Shown: positions 62,113 to 64,000 of the stretch, one piece after another
Position numbering within the stretch: position 1 is the first letter of the stretch
Layout of the letters: each line of letters opens with the position of its first letter
Assembly (NCBI GenBank): GCA_963716255.1
Contig: OY970303.1
Location: forward strand, 1,312,001 to 1,376,000
Direction: 5' to 3'
Length of the DNA: 64,000 nucleotides
Origin: an uncultured Gemmatimonadales bacterium
GTDB taxonomy: Bacteria > Gemmatimonadota > Gemmatimonadetes > Longimicrobiales > Longimicrobiaceae
Translations under genes and position numbers: made by a program
The notes under the pieces: model-generated
Seen by the model: the letters and a program-made list of their open reading frames with translations, nothing else
Databases searched by the model: none
Told to the model about the DNA's origin: nothing

Positions 62113-64000
62113 ATGAAGCTCTCGCACCTCGCGCTCCCCCTGCTCTCCCTGCTCCTCCTCGCCTCCGGGCAGCCCGCGGCCGCGCAGGCGAAGCGCGCCC
62201 TCACGGCGCTGGACCTGTACCACGTGGACGTCGCCTCCGGCGTGGCGGTGTCGCCGGACGGAAAGCGAGTGGCGTACGTGGTGTCGCGCGCAGACTCGGC
62301 CACCAACCGCTACCGGCGCGACCTGTGGATCGCCGCGGCGGACGGGTCCGGCGCGCGGCGGCTGACGTGGACGGGGAGCGCCGCGATGGGCGAGCCCGCG
62401 TTCTCGCCGGACGGGCGCATGCTGGCCTTCACCACCGCGCGCGAGGGCGGGCGGACGCAGGTGTGGATCCTCCCGCTGGCGGACGGCGGCGAGGCCTGGC
62501 CGCTCACCGACCTCCGGACGGCGGCGGCGAGCCCCGTGTGGTCGCCCACCGGGGACCGCATCGCCTTCACCTCGTCGCTGTCGCCCGCGGAGCTGGCGCA
62601 GGAGGGCGGCGCCAGGCCCGACAGCGGGCGGGTGGACGCGGCGGCGATCCGGGGCATCGGCACGGACCGCGCGGCGGCGCTGGCCGCCATCCGCGCCAAG
62701 CTGGAGCAGACCGCGCGCAGCGGCGACGCGCGCCGCGTCACCCGCCGCAACCACCTGGGCGAGACCTCGCTGGCGGAGGAGCGCTGGGCCCAGCTGTACG
62801 TGGTGGAGGCGCGGCAGGGCGCGAAGCCCGTGCGCCTGACGCTCACCGCCTTTCCCAGCGGCGCGCCGTCGTGGTCGCCGGACGGGCGGTCGCTGGTGTA
62901 CTCCGCCACCCGCCCCGAGGAGGGCGTGCACCCCGACTACGCCGACGACTCGGACGTGTTCGTGCTCCCCGCCGCCGGGGGGACGCCCACGCGCATCGCG
63001 GAGCCGCGCTTCACGGCCAGCGGCGCGCGCTTCTCGGACGACGGGCGCTGGATCGTCTACCAGCGGCAGCCGTACGACACCGTGTTCAGGAGCGCGGTGA
63101 ACAGCGAACTGGTGGTGATGCGGGCGGACGGGAGCGAGCGCCGCAGCGTCACCGGGCCCATGGACCGCGGCGTCGGCTCCTTCGAGCTGACGCCGGACGG
63201 GTGGCTGTACTTCACGGTGCAGTCGGAGGGCGCCATCCCCCTGTACCGCACGCGGCTGGACCGCATCGAGCCGCGGCGGGTGGTGTCCGGGCCGCGCGGC
63301 GTCACCTCGTTCGACGTGGCGGGCGGCACCGTGGCATGGTCGCAGATGCAGCCGCAGCGCCCCAGCGACGTCTTCGCCGCCCGCGCCGACGGCTCCGGCG
63401 AGCGCCGCCTCACCGCGCTCAACGACTCGCTGCTGGCCGGCGTGTACGTGGGCGACTACGAGGAGATCCTGTACCCCTCGTTCGACGGGCGCCGCATCCA
63501 GGGGTGGTTCATCCGCCCCATCGCCGTCCGCGAGGGCGAGCGGCCGCCGCTGGCGCTGGAGATGCACGGCGGCCCGCACTCCATGTGGGGCCCGGGCGAG
63601 GCCAGCATGTGGCTGGAATACCAGACGCTGGCCGGCGCCGGCTACACCGTGTTCTTTTCCAACCCGCGCGGCTCCGGCGGCTACGGCAACGAGATGCTGC
63701 AGAGCATCCACCGCAGCTGGGGGACGCCGCCGGCGCGCGACATCCTCATCGGCGCGGACAGCGTGCTCGCCCGCGGCCTGGCCGACCCGCAGCGCCAGGC
63801 CGTCACCGGCGGCAGCTACGCCGGCTACATGGCCGCCTGGCTGATCGCGAAGGAGGCGCCGGAGCGCTTCGACGCGGCGGTTGCGCAGCGCGGCGTGTAC
63901 GACCTGGGGGTGTGGTGGGGCGCATCCAACACCTACGACCTGTTCGAGGCCGAGTTCGGCGCCCGCCCCTGGGAGGACCCGCAGATCGTCCGCGAGCAGT
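62113..64000 (+). CDS. Secreted S9 family (prolyl oligopeptidase / acylaminoacyl peptidase) protease, partial
   Basis: Signal peptide, SPDG propeller repeats, MHGGPH, NPRGSGGYG, GGSYAG nucleophile; runs off the window. Confidence 0.92.
   Translation, partial: MKLSHLALPLLSLLLLASGQPAAAQAKRALTALDLYHVDVASGVAVSPDGKRVAYVVSRADSATNRYRRDLWIAAADGSGARRLTWTGSAAMGEPAFSPDGRMLAFTTAREGGRTQVWILPLADGGEAWPLTDLRTAAASPVWSPTGDRIAFTSSLSPAELAQEGGARPDSGRVDAAAIRGIGTDRAAALAAIRAKLEQTARSGDARRVTRRNHLGETSLAEERWAQLYVVEARQGAKPVRLTLTAFPSGAPSWSPDGRSLVYSATRPEEGVHPDYADDSDVFVLPAAGGTPTRIAEPRFTASGARFSDDGRWIVYQRQPYDTVFRSAVNSELVVMRADGSERRSVTGPMDRGVGSFELTPDGWLYFTVQSEGAIPLYRTRLDRIEPRRVVSGPRGVTSFDVAGGTVAWSQMQPQRPSDVFAARADGSGERRLTALNDSLLAGVYVGDYEEILYPSFDGRRIQGWFIRPIAVREGERPPLALEMHGGPHSMWGPGEASMWLEYQTLAGAGYTVFFSNPRGSGGYGNEMLQSIHRSWGTPPARDILIGADSVLARGLADPQRQAVTGGSYAGYMAAWLIAKEAPERFDAAVAQRGVYDLGVWWGASNTYDLFEAEFGARPWEDPQIVREQ

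Noticed and set aside
62113..64000. S9 peptidase as the leader peptidase of the RiPP precursors
   Set aside because: Separated from the precursor by unrelated genes (NYN, tdk), and S9 peptidases are common; no supporting linkage

Overview
This is a very GC-rich bacterial window. Its gene content and style (secreted carboxypeptidase-regulatory/TonB-type proteins, a PadR plus permease-prefix pair, dense palindromic repeats) suggest Gemmatimonadota (Longimicrobium-like); that assignment is an inference. It holds about 60 mostly housekeeping or accessory CDSs, and I found no rRNA, tRNA or CRISPR array. Highlights: (1) two dispersed orphan RiPP-like precursor genes (50442-50606, 60091-60240) sharing an LVLxRETVR leader and Cys/Ser/Thr-rich cores, with no synthetase in the window; (2) a small protein ending in Gly-Gly (ubiquitin/ThiS-like terminus) coupled to a DUF4132 protein; (3) a decayed integron (intI remnant, two attC-like sites, SUKH-like and HsdR-N-like cassettes); (4) a TIR-NB-ARC-TPR (NLR-like) gene with near-identical 120-bp repeats; (5) ten copies of a ~140-165 bp multi-hairpin intergenic element whose stems covary between copies, plus a second family built from the same hairpin module; (6) a copper locus with a CruR/DUF2946-like leader; (7) two toxin-antitoxin modules; (8) a FabH homologue with the catalytic Cys replaced by Phe. 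Start codons were re-chosen by eye, and product calls come from motif recognition, not database searches.
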